Of a stretch of DNA of 64,000 nt, positions 1-13,583 are shown piece by piece. The stretch comes from Eledone cirrhosa. Its lineage: Eukaryota. How positions within the stretch are numbered: the stretch's first letter is position 1; the number at the start of each line of letters is the position of its first letter. A model generated the notes under the pieces. The model did not search any database, was not told where the DNA came from, and worked only from the letters and a program-made list of their open reading frames with translations. The stretch spans positions 1,116,001 to 1,180,000 of the forward strand of contig OZ024746.1 of assembly GCA_964016885.1 (NCBI GenBank), written 5' to 3'. Made by a program: the position numbers and the translations under genes.

Positions 1-777
1 ACACTGTTCCTCCCCAGTTCTCACATAAAACCCATAATAGAAGTCAGGGATTATATCCCCTGGTTAGATAGGGGACATTCTCTGTGGCAGAGTATATTAA
101 CGGGTATCTTTTACCTTCGTAAAGTGGACATAACGAAGCATTAAAAGATAACGTGGCTTCATATTTATATAAATAAATGTGGTGGATTAACATAATTGGT
201 AGAGCGACGGATAGAATCCCATGTCAACTTTGTTTTCAATCTTCTGAGGTCAAATAATAAAGTAGCAGCCAAGTACTGGGTTTGGTTTAACATCTCTGGC
301 TTCCTTTTAATTAACATCTGTGGCTTGATTATACAGGGTTTTACTGCAGTAAACTGTTGTTGTTGTGGTTTGTAAAGAGATATCTAGAGTGGACACTTCG
401 TGGCTGAATATTTCAGAAGTTGACATTATAAGGTCTTCGTTTCATCCAGCTGCCTGACATTTTGGGAAAGTGTCATTTATTGTCGGTTAAATTGGGTAAA
501 TGAGAACTATTTGGAAGCTTGTCGGATGGACTGTGCTTATAATGGTCAGTCTTGTCACACGGAGTCTCCCTGAGAGCTACGTTAAAGACACACGTGTCTG
601 TGAAATGCTCAGTTACTTGCCCGTTATTTTCACAAACAGGCTGTTCTGTTGATCGAATGACTGGAACATTCATCATCGAAATTGACTGAGGTCCATTCTA
701 TTCCTGATAGAGCTTGTGAAGGATGAGTATCTGGAACCTAGATACAAAGGAACGCTAGTGAAAGTATATCAACTATC

Positions 778-1135
778 CCCAGATCTCGAATAATGCCCCA
801 CCTCGCTCAGTAATTTTTCAGATATTTTCCACCCTACCCCCTCCACTTATTAAATTTTACTAATCTATCTCTGGTGAAATTTTATTTTAAGTGGTAACAT
901 TCCTGCGACAATTAATTTTCTTTAGACATTAAAAAACATTATACATGACAAAAAAAACCTACATTACCAGAAACCCCATATGTTATAAAATAAATAGGAT
1001 GGGTTGGGTCTCAATATGTAAACTAAACGACTAATTCTGTGTTTTTTTTTAATCAACAGAGACAGCCTAGAAACATTATCGATTTTCCACCCCCACCACC
1101 CGCTTACTCCACCCCCTATTATTTGGGACACTAGA
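778..1135. mobile_element. Non-autonomous DNA-transposon-like dispersed repeat (MITE), inverted copy of 30378-30720
   Basis: 895-1040 (…ataaataggatgggttgggtctcaatatgtaaactaaacgactaattctg) is the near reverse complement of 30477-30630; a further partial copy lies at ~2910-2993. Confidence 0.6.
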
Positions 1136-1790
1136 ACTGTTTGAGCTATAGTCTAACATTTTATTGATTTGGTTCACTACAAGTTTCTACTCAATAGTGT
1201 AAGGTATGGAACATGTTGCCGACAGGAGATCTACGATAGACTGACACTTCCAATACATCAGATTCTTTCCTCAATGGTATCTTCAATTTTGATATATTTA
1301 TGCTACGTTTAATGTGTTTTTACTTCTTCCTGGAACACGTATAGAAATATACTTATATGAAGGAAGAAATGAAACAGCGAATTGATTGAAAAGAATATGT
1401 TGCGACTGTGTCGAACATTTGAATGATAAACGGTTGGTAAAAAGCACACAAGATGTCTCTACACAGCCACCAAGACAACGTGGTAAGATTCTTATCCAAC
1501 TCTGAAAACACCCACGGGTAATGATGTGAGCATCGGTTTCTAGTACCAACAGCGAAGTTGATCAGAGTCGTAAAATTCCTTCCTCTAAACCTAGGTGGAG
1601 AAGCTTTCAACCCATATGTGGGTCGTTTGCCCTGATGGTAATTCCTAGCTTCTGAAGCATTGCAATCATCCTTAGGTGGTTGATAAAATAAAGTACCAGT
1701 AACGTACTGGGATCGATTTAGTCAACTTTTCCCTTCACTGGAATTGTTAGCCTTGTACCTAAATCAGAAAGCATTATTACTACTATAATA

Positions 1791-1990
1791 GGGCGGTGGA
1801 TTGGCAGTATCGGTAGAGGGTCGGACGCCATGCTTTCCAGCATAGTTACGTCCCTTTACGATCTGAGTTCAAATCCCGCCGAGGTTGACTTTGCCTTTCA
1901 TCCTTACGGGGGTCGATAAAATAAAGTACCAGTAATGCACTGGGTAATTGCTGGCCTTGTGCCTAAAGTAGAAACAATTATTATTATTAT
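1791..1990 (+). mobile_element. tRNA-derived SINE, full length, young subfamily
   Basis: A-box-like tggcagtatcggtag, B-box gagttcaaatccc, central gactttgcctttcatcc…gtcgataaaataaagtaccagt, (att)n tail; near-identical inverted copy at 38711-38899. Confidence 0.85.
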
Positions 1991-2207
1991 AACGTTGGTG
2001 CTGATGTTAATATATATGAAGGCGGTATTTTATTAGTTTATCTCACATAAATATTCCATTTGAATACATTATACTATATTAGATTTGTAATCCAGATGGA
2101 ATTTACTCAGCGTCCAACACAGACAAAAAATAACCACTGAAAATATTCGATTCGAAATAAAAACATTAAGCGCGCTCACGCACATTGTGTGTATGTATAT
2201 ATATATA

Positions 2208-2263
2208 GAGTCCAGAATTAGCCGTCGAAACGGCTTGAGCTCAGCTGTCGGGTCTTTCTGGTT

Positions 2264-2265
<2 letters not shown>
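2208..2265. mobile_element. Short (TA)n-embedded repeat remnant, probably a Penelope-type terminal repeat fragment
   Basis: tagccgtcgaaacggcttgagctc matches the reverse complement of ~47955-47978; both copies sit between (TA)n tracts. Confidence 0.45.
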
Positions 2266-2303
<38 letters not shown>

Positions 2304-3699
2304 TGAATGTAATTCAGTAAATTACCGGTGGTGGTACCAAAATGAGTACTCAAACGAAACGTGTGTGTGTGTGTGTATGCATGTATGTGTGTGTATGTAT
2401 ATATATATATATATAAACTTTAAAAAATTATCAAAGAGAAGGCAACACAACGAACGGAAGCAAGGCAAAACGAAAAATAATTTTTTTAAGCGGAAACCTT
2501 AAAAATATTTTTTTTTTTAAATAAAAAAAACAAACGAAGGACACAGAACTCCCTCATCATCTGCCGTTGAGATGGACTTTGGCAGTTTGGACCCCTGGTC
2601 CACCCGGGATCACAGCATTTGACACAAACCAAAGCTCTGTCCAGTTAGACAAATTGATAACACGACCATATAAAGGAAAATAATAATTCAAAACTCAAAT
2701 GTGATTCTATCCACAGTAAGATAAGTAAAGACAGTTCAGAGTTTAATCAGTTAATCACAGTTTTACAATATCACAGAACATAAACTAGACGTGAAGTAAA
2801 TATTGGTTAATCTGGTACGTTATATTTTATCAGTAATAAATTATAATTTGTACATTTAGTCTTCCATAAAGTTTCAACTTCTCACCAACTGTATTTGACA
2901 ATTTGTTTATAGATTGGAATAAGGGCAGAGGGGTGGTGGAAAAATCTGAACAATTAAGTGGGGGAGGGGGTGATTATTCGAGATGTGAGAGTACAGAGAG
3001 AGAGAGGGGGGAGAGGGAGACCATATATGTTTCATAAATGAGAAATAAGGAATATTCTTTCCGTGTAAGAATATTGTCTCTACATTTTATAAATATGGCC
3101 GCTAGAAACTGTACGTAGTTGACACGGAAAGGAACTGTTGTGGAGTTCTGTAATTTCAGAAGGGTTTTAGGGTGAAACAGTGAAGAAAGTGCGACAACAT
3201 TTATCACCCAGAAAGTATATAATGAGGTTATATGGATGACAATATGGTAGAAGACCAAAGGCTAGTCGGTAGAGCCACATATTGACCTTTTATTCTCGGG
3301 CTCAATTTAAAACTATTTATCAACTAAGGCTGATCTGAAAGCTAACCTCTAGTTATAATACGATACATAACTTATGTGTGTAGCAGATTGGTGAACCTGG
3401 GTCGGTCTAGATTTGCACAAATGTCTACTTGAAGGACAATCACATTTGAAAACCATTGATCGTAGATCATCGTATAATGTGTAATATCAGATATTGTATG
3501 TATGTATGTATATGTATGTACGTATGTATGTAGTTCTGGTTTTATAATTTCACAAATTTTTACCAATAGAGAGAGAGTTGGTTTCTAACAGACACAAGAC
3601 TCTCTCATTGGAATTTACACAACATCAACTAGGTAGATATGTCTGCATGTCTGCATGTGTAGGTATGGATGTTATTGTATGTGTGGATGTGGATGTTTT

Positions 3700-5138
3700 G
3701 AGTTGTATGTGTTCATGTGTATATGCTTTGTATCTGTCCAAGTGTATATGCAGTTATTAGATGCAAAATGTTTGGAATGTTTTACATATTTTTACTGTTC
3801 TATTAATGGATTGTACTTGTAATTTCCTAACTAGTTGTGTTCTTTCTGTTCCTGTGAAGCCTAGCTTCTCAAGATTTGCATTGAGGCAGTTACTAACATA
3901 CCCCAGTGCCCCAATAATCACAGGCATAAATCTGAAGGTGTAATCAGGGTGAAGTATCTGCAGATTTCTCATCAGTTCTGCATAAATATTCTCCTTTTCG
4001 CTAATCTTTGATATTATATTGGCATCTGCTGGGCAGCTAACTTCCACTACTGTGCATGCCTTCTTTTCCCCGTCCCATATCATAATATCTGGTCTGTTAT
4101 GCCTGCACTTTATTTGGGGTTTTTACTGGAACATTCCACCAGTACTCTTTCATATTATGTATATGTATGTCTTCCACATTGCTGTAGCTTTTAATGTGTT
4201 TATTGTCGGGGCTATCTTTTCTACAGATTGCATTGTAGTGTTTTGGCCACTACATCATACCTCATAGATAGTACCGCGATGACATCTTTGGACAGCTGCT
4301 TATGACATGGGTGATATCCTTGATGTTAGTTCTGCAGAGTCTGCACTTGTTATCACATCTAGGTGTTTTGCCTGCATCCCTATCTCTTTTGTGAATCAGG
4401 TATTTCGTGTTGATTTCCTGTTCTTGGATTGCAAAAGCATATCCTTCAAAGTGGGAGCCAATATAGCGGTTGTTGGTCCAAGATAGACTACTTTCTTTAT
4501 CTATATTACTCTCACTCTGGAGCTTCATGGCAACATATCCATGCATGATCTTTTGCTGATAAACATGCAGTTTTTCATCCATGGATTCACTGCGATACTG
4601 CTGAGCGACTTCCCTGGGTGTGAGTTTTTTTATTATTACAGAGGGAATACCTCTCAGGGAGTTCATTCCCAACTGTCATGATCTTAACTGTTTCATGCAG
4701 ATAGACTTGCTCGAGAGACGGGCTTCTACGCTTTGAGGTTCGTAGATGTTGTCTGGGGGATATGATGCGACATTCAAATGCTGTTAAGCCTTTGCCTACG
4801 TTTCAAGTAAAGGCGGTCTATGTCACTGTTGATGTGGAAGTTTCCGGTGTTATTTATTATTTTTCGAGTTCTAACATCAATCGCTCGGATTTCATCTATC
4901 GTCCAATTGAGTATTCCAAAAGTTGGTGTTAGGACAGGCACAGCAAACACACTGTGAGCCACTGTTTTGTTTTGCGCAGAGAGTTCCGATGACTATATCT
5001 TTCTTAATCGGGTGTAGTATTCCCTGGTTACACGTTCCTTATTACTGATACCATTATAGGATATGTTCTCATCTATCCCCAGGTATCTGTAACAGTCCTC
5101 ATCAGATATTGGTGAAACAGTTAGGCCATTGATACAAA
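3700..5138 (-). mobile_element. 5'-truncated, frameshifted non-LTR retrotransposon with restriction-like endonuclease (R4/Dong/Rex6-like)
   Basis: ORF pieces 4774-4962 (AVPVLTPTFGILNWT…IDRLYLKR), 4262-4672 (CRLC…ITHVISSC CCHC knuckle) and 3757-4083 preceded by NRPDI (PD…D…VVEVSCP REL motif, PVIIGALG); 5' end abuts (CATA)n. Confidence 0.88.
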
Positions 5139-5218
5139 TGTATGTATGTATGTATGTATGTATGTATGTGTGTAAGTAGAAGTATGTACGTATATATATT
5201 TTAAATAAATTTTACCTG

Positions 5219-5219
<1 letters not shown>

Positions 5220-5273
<54 letters not shown>

Positions 5274-5310
5274 TGTGTGGTGTGGTGTGGTGTGGTGTGG
5301 TGTGGTGTGT
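5220..5310. repeat. (TC)n and (GTGTG)n microsatellites
   Basis: Direct reading. Confidence 0.95.
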
Positions 5311-5543
5311 ATGTTTTTTCTTTAGTTATTTGAAATTTTCTCATAAGGAAGGACTTGGCAAGAATTTGCATAATAAAAATGCCGAACTTTAAAAACAAAC
5401 ATTCTCTGTCACCATATGTAGCATTATAATAAATGTTATATACAACAAGCTTGTGTATTAAATTCTATAGCTTGAGATCAGGGAACGAAGACAATTGTTT
5501 AAAGAGATTAGGAAGATTGAGGTGAGAGCTGAAGAGGAAGTTA

Positions 5544-5681
5544 TACAGGGATGAGGGGAGAGTTGAAGGGGCGGTCATACAGGGATGAGGGGAGAGTTGA
5601 AGGGGAGGTCATACAGGGATGAGGGGAGAGTTGAGGGGGGGTCATACAGGGATGAGATGAGGGTTGAAGAGGAAGTCATAC
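5544..5681. repeat. 34-bp purine-rich minisatellite, ~4 copies
   Basis: tacagggatgaggggagagttgaagggg(c/a)ggtca recurs at 5544, 5578 and 5612. Confidence 0.85.
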
Positions 5682-5914
5682 AATTATAGCCTTCTCACAC
5701 GTTACTACTACACTATGATGTAAGTATCTGACTAAACATAAGAGTATCTGTTCAGTTAGAGTCGAAAATATATCAACCTATAGACACAACAGAGCAGTTA
5801 ACGAGCCTCTATATAGTCGCTCGTATTTCTAGAAATAGAAGCTAAATCTCCATTAAAATACATCGTACTGTCTTTAGAAATAAAGTAACATTGAATAATA
5901 TAGGCACAACGCCA

Positions 5915-6070
5915 GAAACTTTGGAGGAATGTTTCAGTGGTACTTTATTTATCGACTCCAGAACGATGAAAGTTGACATTGGAGGATTTGAACACAAGAA
6001 AGTGTCATAAAAAGTACCACAAGGCATGTTGTCCGTCTCTCTACTAATTTTGTTAATCCACTACCTTTCT
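5915..6070 (-). mobile_element. Degenerate tRNA-SINE copy
   Basis: tggtactttatttatcgactccagaacgatgaaagttgac…ggatttgaac is the reverse complement of the SINE core. Confidence 0.6.
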
Positions 6071-6609
6071 TAATGATAACACAAACTTTATATTTACAAC
6101 CATTAGTGGTGGTGGGTTGAGGGGTAGTGGTGGGTTGATGGGGTAGTAAAACAACATCTAACCGTCTATAAGTAGAACTCTATAGATCCAGTTGGGGTGA
6201 AACACCTGACCTCCAGGTGTCTTAATGTTGTAATATATAAGAAATAGTCAGATATATTATCTAACTGCTGTTACAATGAAGTCAAGCTGTTATTAAAACA
6301 CAAATAATTCCCGTACTCTGATTCCACACCAGGACATTTGCAACATTAAACAGTTTCACTTATATAAATGGACCTTTTGTTGGAAGTAAGAAAACAAAAA
6401 CTAACAGTAAGCAACTTCTAAACAGAATTAATAGAACATTAAGCATTAAGTTGATCTGTTTAGAAGAATAATTGATGTCAGTTGAAAATATATTGTTGGA
6501 AAGTCTTACTTTGAAATACTTTGGCTGGCAATATTGAGATCATTTATAATAATTATTGCTTTTTATAAGAACATAAAAAACAACGACCATGTCTATTAAT
6601 TAAAACATA

Positions 6610-6795
6610 AGGGTAGGGGGAAACTGAGGGTAGGGGAAACTGGGGGTAGGGGAAACTGTGGGTAGGGGAAACTGTGGGTAGGGGAAAGGTGAGGATGGGA
6701 GAAGGCAAGGGTGGGGGAAGGTGAGGATGGGGAAAGGTGAGGATGGGGGAAGGTGAGCGTAGGGGAAGGTGAGCGTAGGGGAAGGTGAGGGTAGC
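6610..6795. repeat. G-rich 14-18 bp tandem repeat (gggtaggggaaact / gaaggtgaggatgggg)
   Basis: Direct reading; many GGG/GGGG runs. Confidence 0.85.
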
Positions 6796-7016
6796 ATAGA
6801 TTCCGTTTTATAGGATCTAATTATTTACAACCTGAGTTGTTACAATGATTTATCTGTCGGTATATCACTCTTTCCTTTGATATAATCATTACCTTTAGGT
6901 TTTATTTAGGTTTTTTATGGGGTGCTGGTGGGGGAGGGGGGGCATATCAGTTTTCATGGGTAGCTTGCTACGATTATATAGTTTAGCAAGGAGGACACAC
7001 TGGAGAGTTTTACCAC

Positions 7017-7825
7017 TGGTGGTGGTGGTGGTGATGGTGGTGGTGGTGGTGATGTTAGTGGTGGTGCGGTGGTGGTGCGGTGGTGGTGCGGTGGTGATAG
7101 TGTTGGTGGTGAAGGTGGTGAAGGTGGTGATGGTGGTGAAGGTGGTGGTGGTGGTGAAGGTGGTGGTGGTGGTGAAGGTGGTGAAGGTGATGGTGGTGGT
7201 GAAGGTGGTGATAGTGTTGGTGGTGGTGAAGGTGGTGATAGTGTTGGTGGTGGTGAAGGTGGTGATAGTGTTGGTGGTGGTGAAGGTGGTGATAGTGTTG
7301 GTGCTGGTGGTGATAGTGTTGGTGGTGGTGGTGATAGTGTTGGTGGTGATAGTGTTGATAGTGGAATTGAAGGTGGTGTTGGTAGTGGTGATGGTGGTGA
7401 TGAAGGTGGTGGTGGTGGTGATGAAGGTGGTGGTGGTAGTGATAGTGTTGGTGGTGGTGGTGATAATGTTGGTGGTGGTGGTAGTGAAGGTGGTGGTGGT
7501 AGTGAAGGTGGTGGTGGTAGTGAAGGTGGTGGTGGTGATGAAGGTGGTGGTGATGGTGGTAGTGTTGGTGGTGGTGGTGGTGGTAGTGTTGGTGTTGGTG
7601 GTGGTGAAGGTGGTGGTGGTAGTGAAGGTGGTGGTGGTGGTGGTGGTGGTGGTGGTGGTGATAGTGTTGTTGGTGTTAGTGAAGGTGGTGGTGGTGGTGA
7701 TGGTGTTGTTGGTGTTGGTGTTGTTGTTGGTGGTGGTGGTGGTGTTGGTGGTGATTGTGTTAGTGTGTTGTTGTTGGTGGTGGTGATGGTGTTGGTGGTG
7801 ATAATGTTGGTGGTGGTGGTGGTGT
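7017..7825. repeat. Degenerate (GGT)n triplet array
   Basis: ggt/gat/gaa/agt triplet variants; source of the poly-V and poly-G ORFs. Confidence 0.9.
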
Positions 7826-7919
7826 TTTATTTACAAAGACATTAAATGAAACCAAATTTCTCTTAAAGAATTCCCCAGACATGATGGGGATCTTTTTAAG
7901 GCAATGTTTTACAGCTGAA

Positions 7920-8074
7920 TGTCCTTCCTCTTACCAACCCTTGTCCTTCCTCTTACCAACCCTTGTCCTTCCTCTTACCAACCCTTGTCCTTCCTCTTAC
8001 CAACCCTTGTCCTTCCTCTTACCAACCCTTGTCCTTCCTCTTACCAACCCTTGTCCTTCCTCTTACCAACCCTT
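7920..8074. repeat. 22-bp minisatellite, ~7 copies
   Basis: gtccttcctcttaccaaccctt repeated exactly. Confidence 0.95.
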
Positions 8075-8810
8075 ATGACAGGCAGGAGTAGGGTGTAACA
8101 TTTTCTATATATTCATGAATACATTGCTTGAATATACGATAGGATGGTCATGGCTGGAATTCTATCATAGGCCTGCTTTATCAGAGCTTAAGTAGCGCTA
8201 AAAACAAAAGCGTTAGAAGGGTCCCCTTTTAATTGAATATGTCTATATTAATTTAAACGACACGGTTATTAACCCGTGGAGAACCAGCCATAGCACGTTT
8301 AGGCCAGGCTGTTTTAGATACCAGTGTAAAATAACTTTATTGATATCGCAATGCCAATACAATTTATATAATGAACAAGACTGTAGATATACACATTACT
8401 AAAAACAAAGAAAATAAAAGGGGAAAACCTCGCACAGCAAGGGGCGTTGGAGTTCCTCTCGGATAGTTTTTGAGGAGCAAGTCTTAAGTTATATGAGGAT
8501 ATGGTGACAAGCGATGTCAAAATGTGCTGCTCTCCAGTTCAAACATAGTTAATGTTAATCCCTAATATTGCTGTAGAACCATCTTGAAATCAAAGACGGG
8601 AAATAACTCATTGATGTCGTCTTCAGCGGTAATTCTTTCATTTGAGTTTCGAGGTTAAAGATTAGCAAATCTTCACCTGGTGCTACTGCAACCTCTCTTT
8701 CTCAAACATATCGACACCATTTACCAGAGATATGTTTCAATAAAGCTAATGTAAACATACAGACACGTGTACCAGTGTGTTTCTGCGCCCTAGAATGAAG
8801 TGACTGAGTG

Positions 8811-8844
<34 letters not shown>

Positions 8845-8847
<3 letters not shown>

Positions 8848-9125
8848 GCGCTCCATCATCCACTTTTCTAAAAAATAAATTATACACAAAACGCCAGCAC
8901 CAACAGTTTTGCAAGAGATGTCAACATGAATGGACTTATTATTTTTATCTAAAGACATTTTTTCCAATTCCACCCCACCCGTCCCCTCAATCTATCTTAT
9001 TTTTCATTCTTTCTTCTGATGAAGGACTAGCATCCGAAACGTTAAAACCCTCTTCCTGCTATATCAAGCGTTAACCTAATATCTACCTTCCATATACTGT
9101 ACCGATTGTGTTATTTCTGTTTACC
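8845..9125 (+). mobile_element. Penelope-type terminal repeat remnant with minimal hammerhead motif
   Basis: Lies between (TA)n tracts; ctgatga-a-gga-ctagca-tcc-gaaacgtta at 9016-9044. Confidence 0.6.
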
Positions 9126-9139
9126 TTTCACACACATAT

Positions 9140-9211
<72 letters not shown>

Positions 9212-9741
9212 GAGTTTTTGTTTTATATCAGAGTTTTCCTTCTCCTAGACATCCTAACAAGAACTAGGGATCTCCCACTCAGTGGATTAACCACGCCCAG
9301 GTACCAACCTCTCCTGAGTTCCTCCCTCATTTTGGTGGGTTTTGTTTTCACACACACACAAGCAGAGATTTATTCGACGACATAAGTACCAGTAATCCAC
9401 TGAGAACCAATCTAATCTACATAATCCTACTTCATATAAATGTCTTGGTGGACTGAGATAAGAAAACTTTGAATATTTACTGGAAAAGATGAGAAGAAAC
9501 TTATGGAAAGTAGTGTAAATAGATATATCAGTAAAATAGCCTACATACACACACATACATAGACACTCATACACATATACATACATACACACGGACACTC
9601 ATGCACATACATACATACACACATCACATGAATATATATATACACACACACACATATATACTTATTTTATGTATACGTATACAAACATATATATATATAT
9701 ATTGTTTTCAAATAGACACAAACACACACTATATATATATA

Positions 9742-9742
9742 T

Positions 9743-9827
<85 letters not shown>

Positions 9828-10031
9828 GAGAGAGATGAGAGAGAGATGAGAGAGAGATAGAGAGATGAGAGAGATGAGAGAGAGATGAGAGAGATGAGAG
9901 AGATGAGAGAGAGATGAGAGAGAGATGAGAGAGAGATGAGAGAGAGATGAGAGAGAGATGAGAGAGAGATGAGAGAGAGATGAGAGAGAGATGAGAGAGA
10001 TGAGAGAGAGATGAGAGAGATGAGAGAGAGA
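9742..10031. repeat. (GA)n array with periodic GAT interruptions
   Basis: Direct reading. Confidence 0.95.
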
Positions 10032-10158
10032 TACACAGACAGACGTACATATATATATACACACATACACATTTCTTTATACATACACAAACACACATCG
10101 ATTTTTTTACAGATTTTTCTTGTCAGTCATCACATTGCAACAACCCAACAATATCGCA

Positions 10159-10472
10159 TAAATAACTGTTATATAAACTAAATAACTTATATAAATAACT
10201 GTTATATAAACTAAAATGTTATATAAACTAAAATGTTATATAAACTAAATAACTGTTATATAAACTAAAATGTTATATAAACTAAATAACTGTTATATAA
10301 ACTAAATAAATGTTATATAAACTAAAATGTTAAATAAACTAAATAAATGTTATATGAACTAAATAAATGTTATATAAACTAAATAAATGTTATATGAACT
10401 AAATAAATGTTATATGAACTAAATAAATGTTATATAAAATAAATAAATGTTATATAAACTAAATAACTTATA
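10159..10472. repeat. AT-rich 16-20 bp minisatellite (aaataaatgttatataaact)
   Basis: Direct reading. Confidence 0.9.
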
Positions 10473-10546
10473 TGTAGAATTATTGTAGAGATTTGACACT
10501 GTTAGTGTGGAAAATATAGATGTTATTTGAAGGTGTGGTGTACCAC

Positions 10547-10806
10547 AGTACATGTGGTAGACAGCAGATCATGTGGCGTACCGTAGTACATGTGGTAGAC
10601 AGCAGTAACATGTGGTAGACAGCAGTAACATGTGGTAGACAGCAGTACATGTGGTAGACAGCAGTAACATGTGGTACACAGAAGTACATGTGGTAGGCAC
10701 CAGTACATGTGGTAGACAGCAGTAACATGTGGTACACAGAAGTACATGTGGTAGGCACCAGTACATGTGGTAGGCACCAGTACATGTGGTGGACAGCAGT
10801 AACATG
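10547..10806. repeat. ~19-20 bp minisatellite (cagta[a]catgtggtagacag)
   Basis: Direct reading; about a dozen diverged copies. Confidence 0.85.
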
Positions 10807-11412
10807 TAGCTACGCATGGACTGCGGTACACTACAAGCTCAAATAACATCTATAATTTTTTTCAACACCTAATAAGTGTCAATTTTGTACTTGTCTATAT
10901 AATATAGCAACACCTATACACACCCTGACCTGTGTATACAGCAACACCTATATATACACCAATCGGTGTCTATATAAACATCAATCTAAATTAAATATGA
11001 TGAGTGTGTAGTTACAAGATTGTCAGTTTGATTATTAAGTGTACATTTTAACATACCCCTAGAGATCCCTTACGTCAGTACGGCACCCTAGGGAGTTGCG
11101 GGACCATATATACATAAATGAAGTTTTTATATAGTTGAAGTAAACAGCACGTTGCACTGTAAATGGCCAACAAGTAGCACAGAAGAAAGCAGGGATACCC
11201 ATTTCCTACGTTTCTAGTTCCTATCACAAAGAAAGGGAGAAACCTAGAAACTCCCCTTTCAAGATCTTATCAGTATTGAAGGTGGTGTCACTTCAACATA
11301 CAAAGCCATTGTCTCTCCCTCTTATTTCAGTATTCACATCACAGTATGATAGCAGATTGTAAACTGTTCAATACTTACCACCAGTTTATATAGTCTTAAG
11401 TAAGTCATTATC

Positions 11413-12892
11413 TAATACAACAGTCCAACATTGGAACTGTCCATTAATACGACAGTCCAGCAGTGGAACTGTCCACTAATACGACAGTCCAGCAATGGAA
11501 CTGTCCATTAATACGACAGTCCAGCAATGGAACTGTCCATTAATACGACAGTCCAGCAATGGAACTGTCCACTAATACGACAGTCCAGCAATGGAACTGT
11601 CCTTTAATACGACAGTCCAGCAATGGAACTGTCCACTAATACGACATCCAGCAGTGGAACTGTCCATTAATACGACAGTCCAGCAATGGAACTGTCCACT
11701 AATACGACATCCAGCAGTGGAACTGTCCATTAATACGACAGTCCAGCAATGGATCTGTCCATTAATACGACAGTCCAGCAATGGAACTGTCCACTAATAC
11801 GACAGTCCAGCAATGGAACTGTCCTTTAATACGACAGTCCAGCAGTGGAACTGTCCATTAATACGACAGTCCAGCAATGGAACTGTCCACTAATACGACA
11901 GTCCAGCAATGGAACTGTCCATTAATACGACAGTCCAGCAATGGAACTGTCCACTAATACGACATCCAGCAATGGAACTGTCCACTAATACGACATCCAG
12001 CAGTGGAACTGTCCACTAATACGACAGTCCAGCAGTGGAACTGTCCACTAATACGACAGTCCAGCAATGGAACTGTCCACTAATACGACATCCAGCAATG
12101 GAACTGTCCACTAATACGACATCCAGCAGTGGAACTGTCCACTAATACGACAGTCCAGCAATGGAACTGTCCTTTAATACGACAGTCCAGCAATGGAACT
12201 GTCCTTTAATACGACAGTCCAGCAGTGGAACTGTCCATTAATACGACAGTCCAGCAATGGAACTGTCCACTAATACGACAGTCCAGCAATGGAACTGTCC
12301 ACTAATACGACAGTCCAGCAATGGAACTGTCCACTAATACGACATCCAGCAATGGAACTGTCCACTAATACGACATCCAGCAGTGGAACTGTCCACTAAT
12401 ACGACAGTCCAGCAATGGAACTGTCCACTAATACGACAGTCCAGCAATGGAACTGTCCACTAATACGACATCCAGCAATGGAACTGTCCACTAATACGAC
12501 AGTCCAGCAATGGAACTGTCCACTAATACGACAGTCCAGCAATGGAACTGTCCACTAATACGACAGTCCAGCAATGGAACTGTCCACTAATACGACAGTC
12601 CAGCAATGGAACTGTCCACTAATACGACAGTCCAGCAATGGAACTGTCCACTAATACGACATCCAGCAGTGGAACTGTCCACTAATACGACAGTCCAGCA
12701 ATGGAACTGTCCACTAATACGACATCCAGCAGTGGAACTGTCCACTAATACGACAGTCCAGCAATGGAACTGTCCACTAATACGACAGTCCAGCAATGGA
12801 ACTGTCCACTAATACGACAGTCCAGCAATGGAACTGTCCACTAATACGACATCCAGCAGTGGAACTGTCCACTAATACGACAGTCCAGCAAT
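11413..12892. repeat. 32/31-bp minisatellite, ~46 copies, internally palindromic unit
   Basis: taatacgacagtccagcaatggaactgtccac with gacatcc and cagtgg variants. Confidence 0.97.
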
Positions 12893-13053
12893 GTCCGCAC
12901 ATCTATCTCCAGTTCAGGCCCCACCAACAACCAGTGTTTTGCATCTAACACTTTGGTGTGTGTGTATTATATGCATTTACATAAACATTTGTATATACGT
13001 GAAGGTTTTCTCCCTCACTGCTTTGTGAGTGTGTGTGTCTATATGTCTATATA

Positions 13054-13143
<90 letters not shown>

Positions 13144-13144
<1 letters not shown>

Positions 13145-13312
13145 CAAGTTTAATATAGAAATGGCTTCTACAGGATTAGAACCGTTTCCAATGACGAGAG
13201 ACAATGTTTCAACTAACACATCGTTAGAAATAGTGTCATCATTGTTTCTTAACCCATTCAATCATCGTGACTATGAGTAGCGGCCATAAACTAACTCTTC
13301 CACGACGATCGA

Positions 13313-13316
<4 letters not shown>
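13144..13316. mobile_element. (TA)n-embedded short repeat, same family as the 49831-49963 hairpin
   Basis: Shares tttaatatagaaatggcttctacagga(t/c)taga with 49834-49865. Confidence 0.55.
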
Positions 13317-13355
<39 letters not shown>

Positions 13356-13405
13356 TTCAGATTCTTCAACCAGTTGATAACATACGTACCTACGTTCATT
13401 CATAT

Positions 13406-13470
<65 letters not shown>

Positions 13471-13583
13471 TCTGATCACTCTTGTGTTGTTGTTTAACCC
13501 CGAGCTAACCTATGGTTAAACATTAACAGAACAGACTCATCGTTAATGACATTGAACCCAACGCTTCAGGAGTATATATATAT

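Noticed and set aside
473-740. Possible minus-strand terminal exon (VPDTHPSQALSGIEW… or the 67-aa ORF)
   Set aside because: Frames are interrupted by stops and no homology is recognised.
1791-1880. Functional tRNA genes at SINE heads
   Set aside because: A and B boxes are present but no closed cloverleaf, and each continues into the SINE core.
6910-6959. Putative micro-exon GFLWGAGGGGGAYQFSW resembling the GH1 FLWG…AYQ motif
   Set aside because: Weak donor (GTAGCT), a G-run explains the middle, and no neighbouring GH1 exons were found.
6917-7845. Poly-Val and Gly-rich ORFs
   Set aside because: Degenerate (GGT)n; no signal peptide or non-repetitive domain, and more than one frame is open.
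11413-12892. CRISPR-like array of palindromic 32-bp repeats
   Set aside because: No unique spacers, no cas genes, eukaryotic context.
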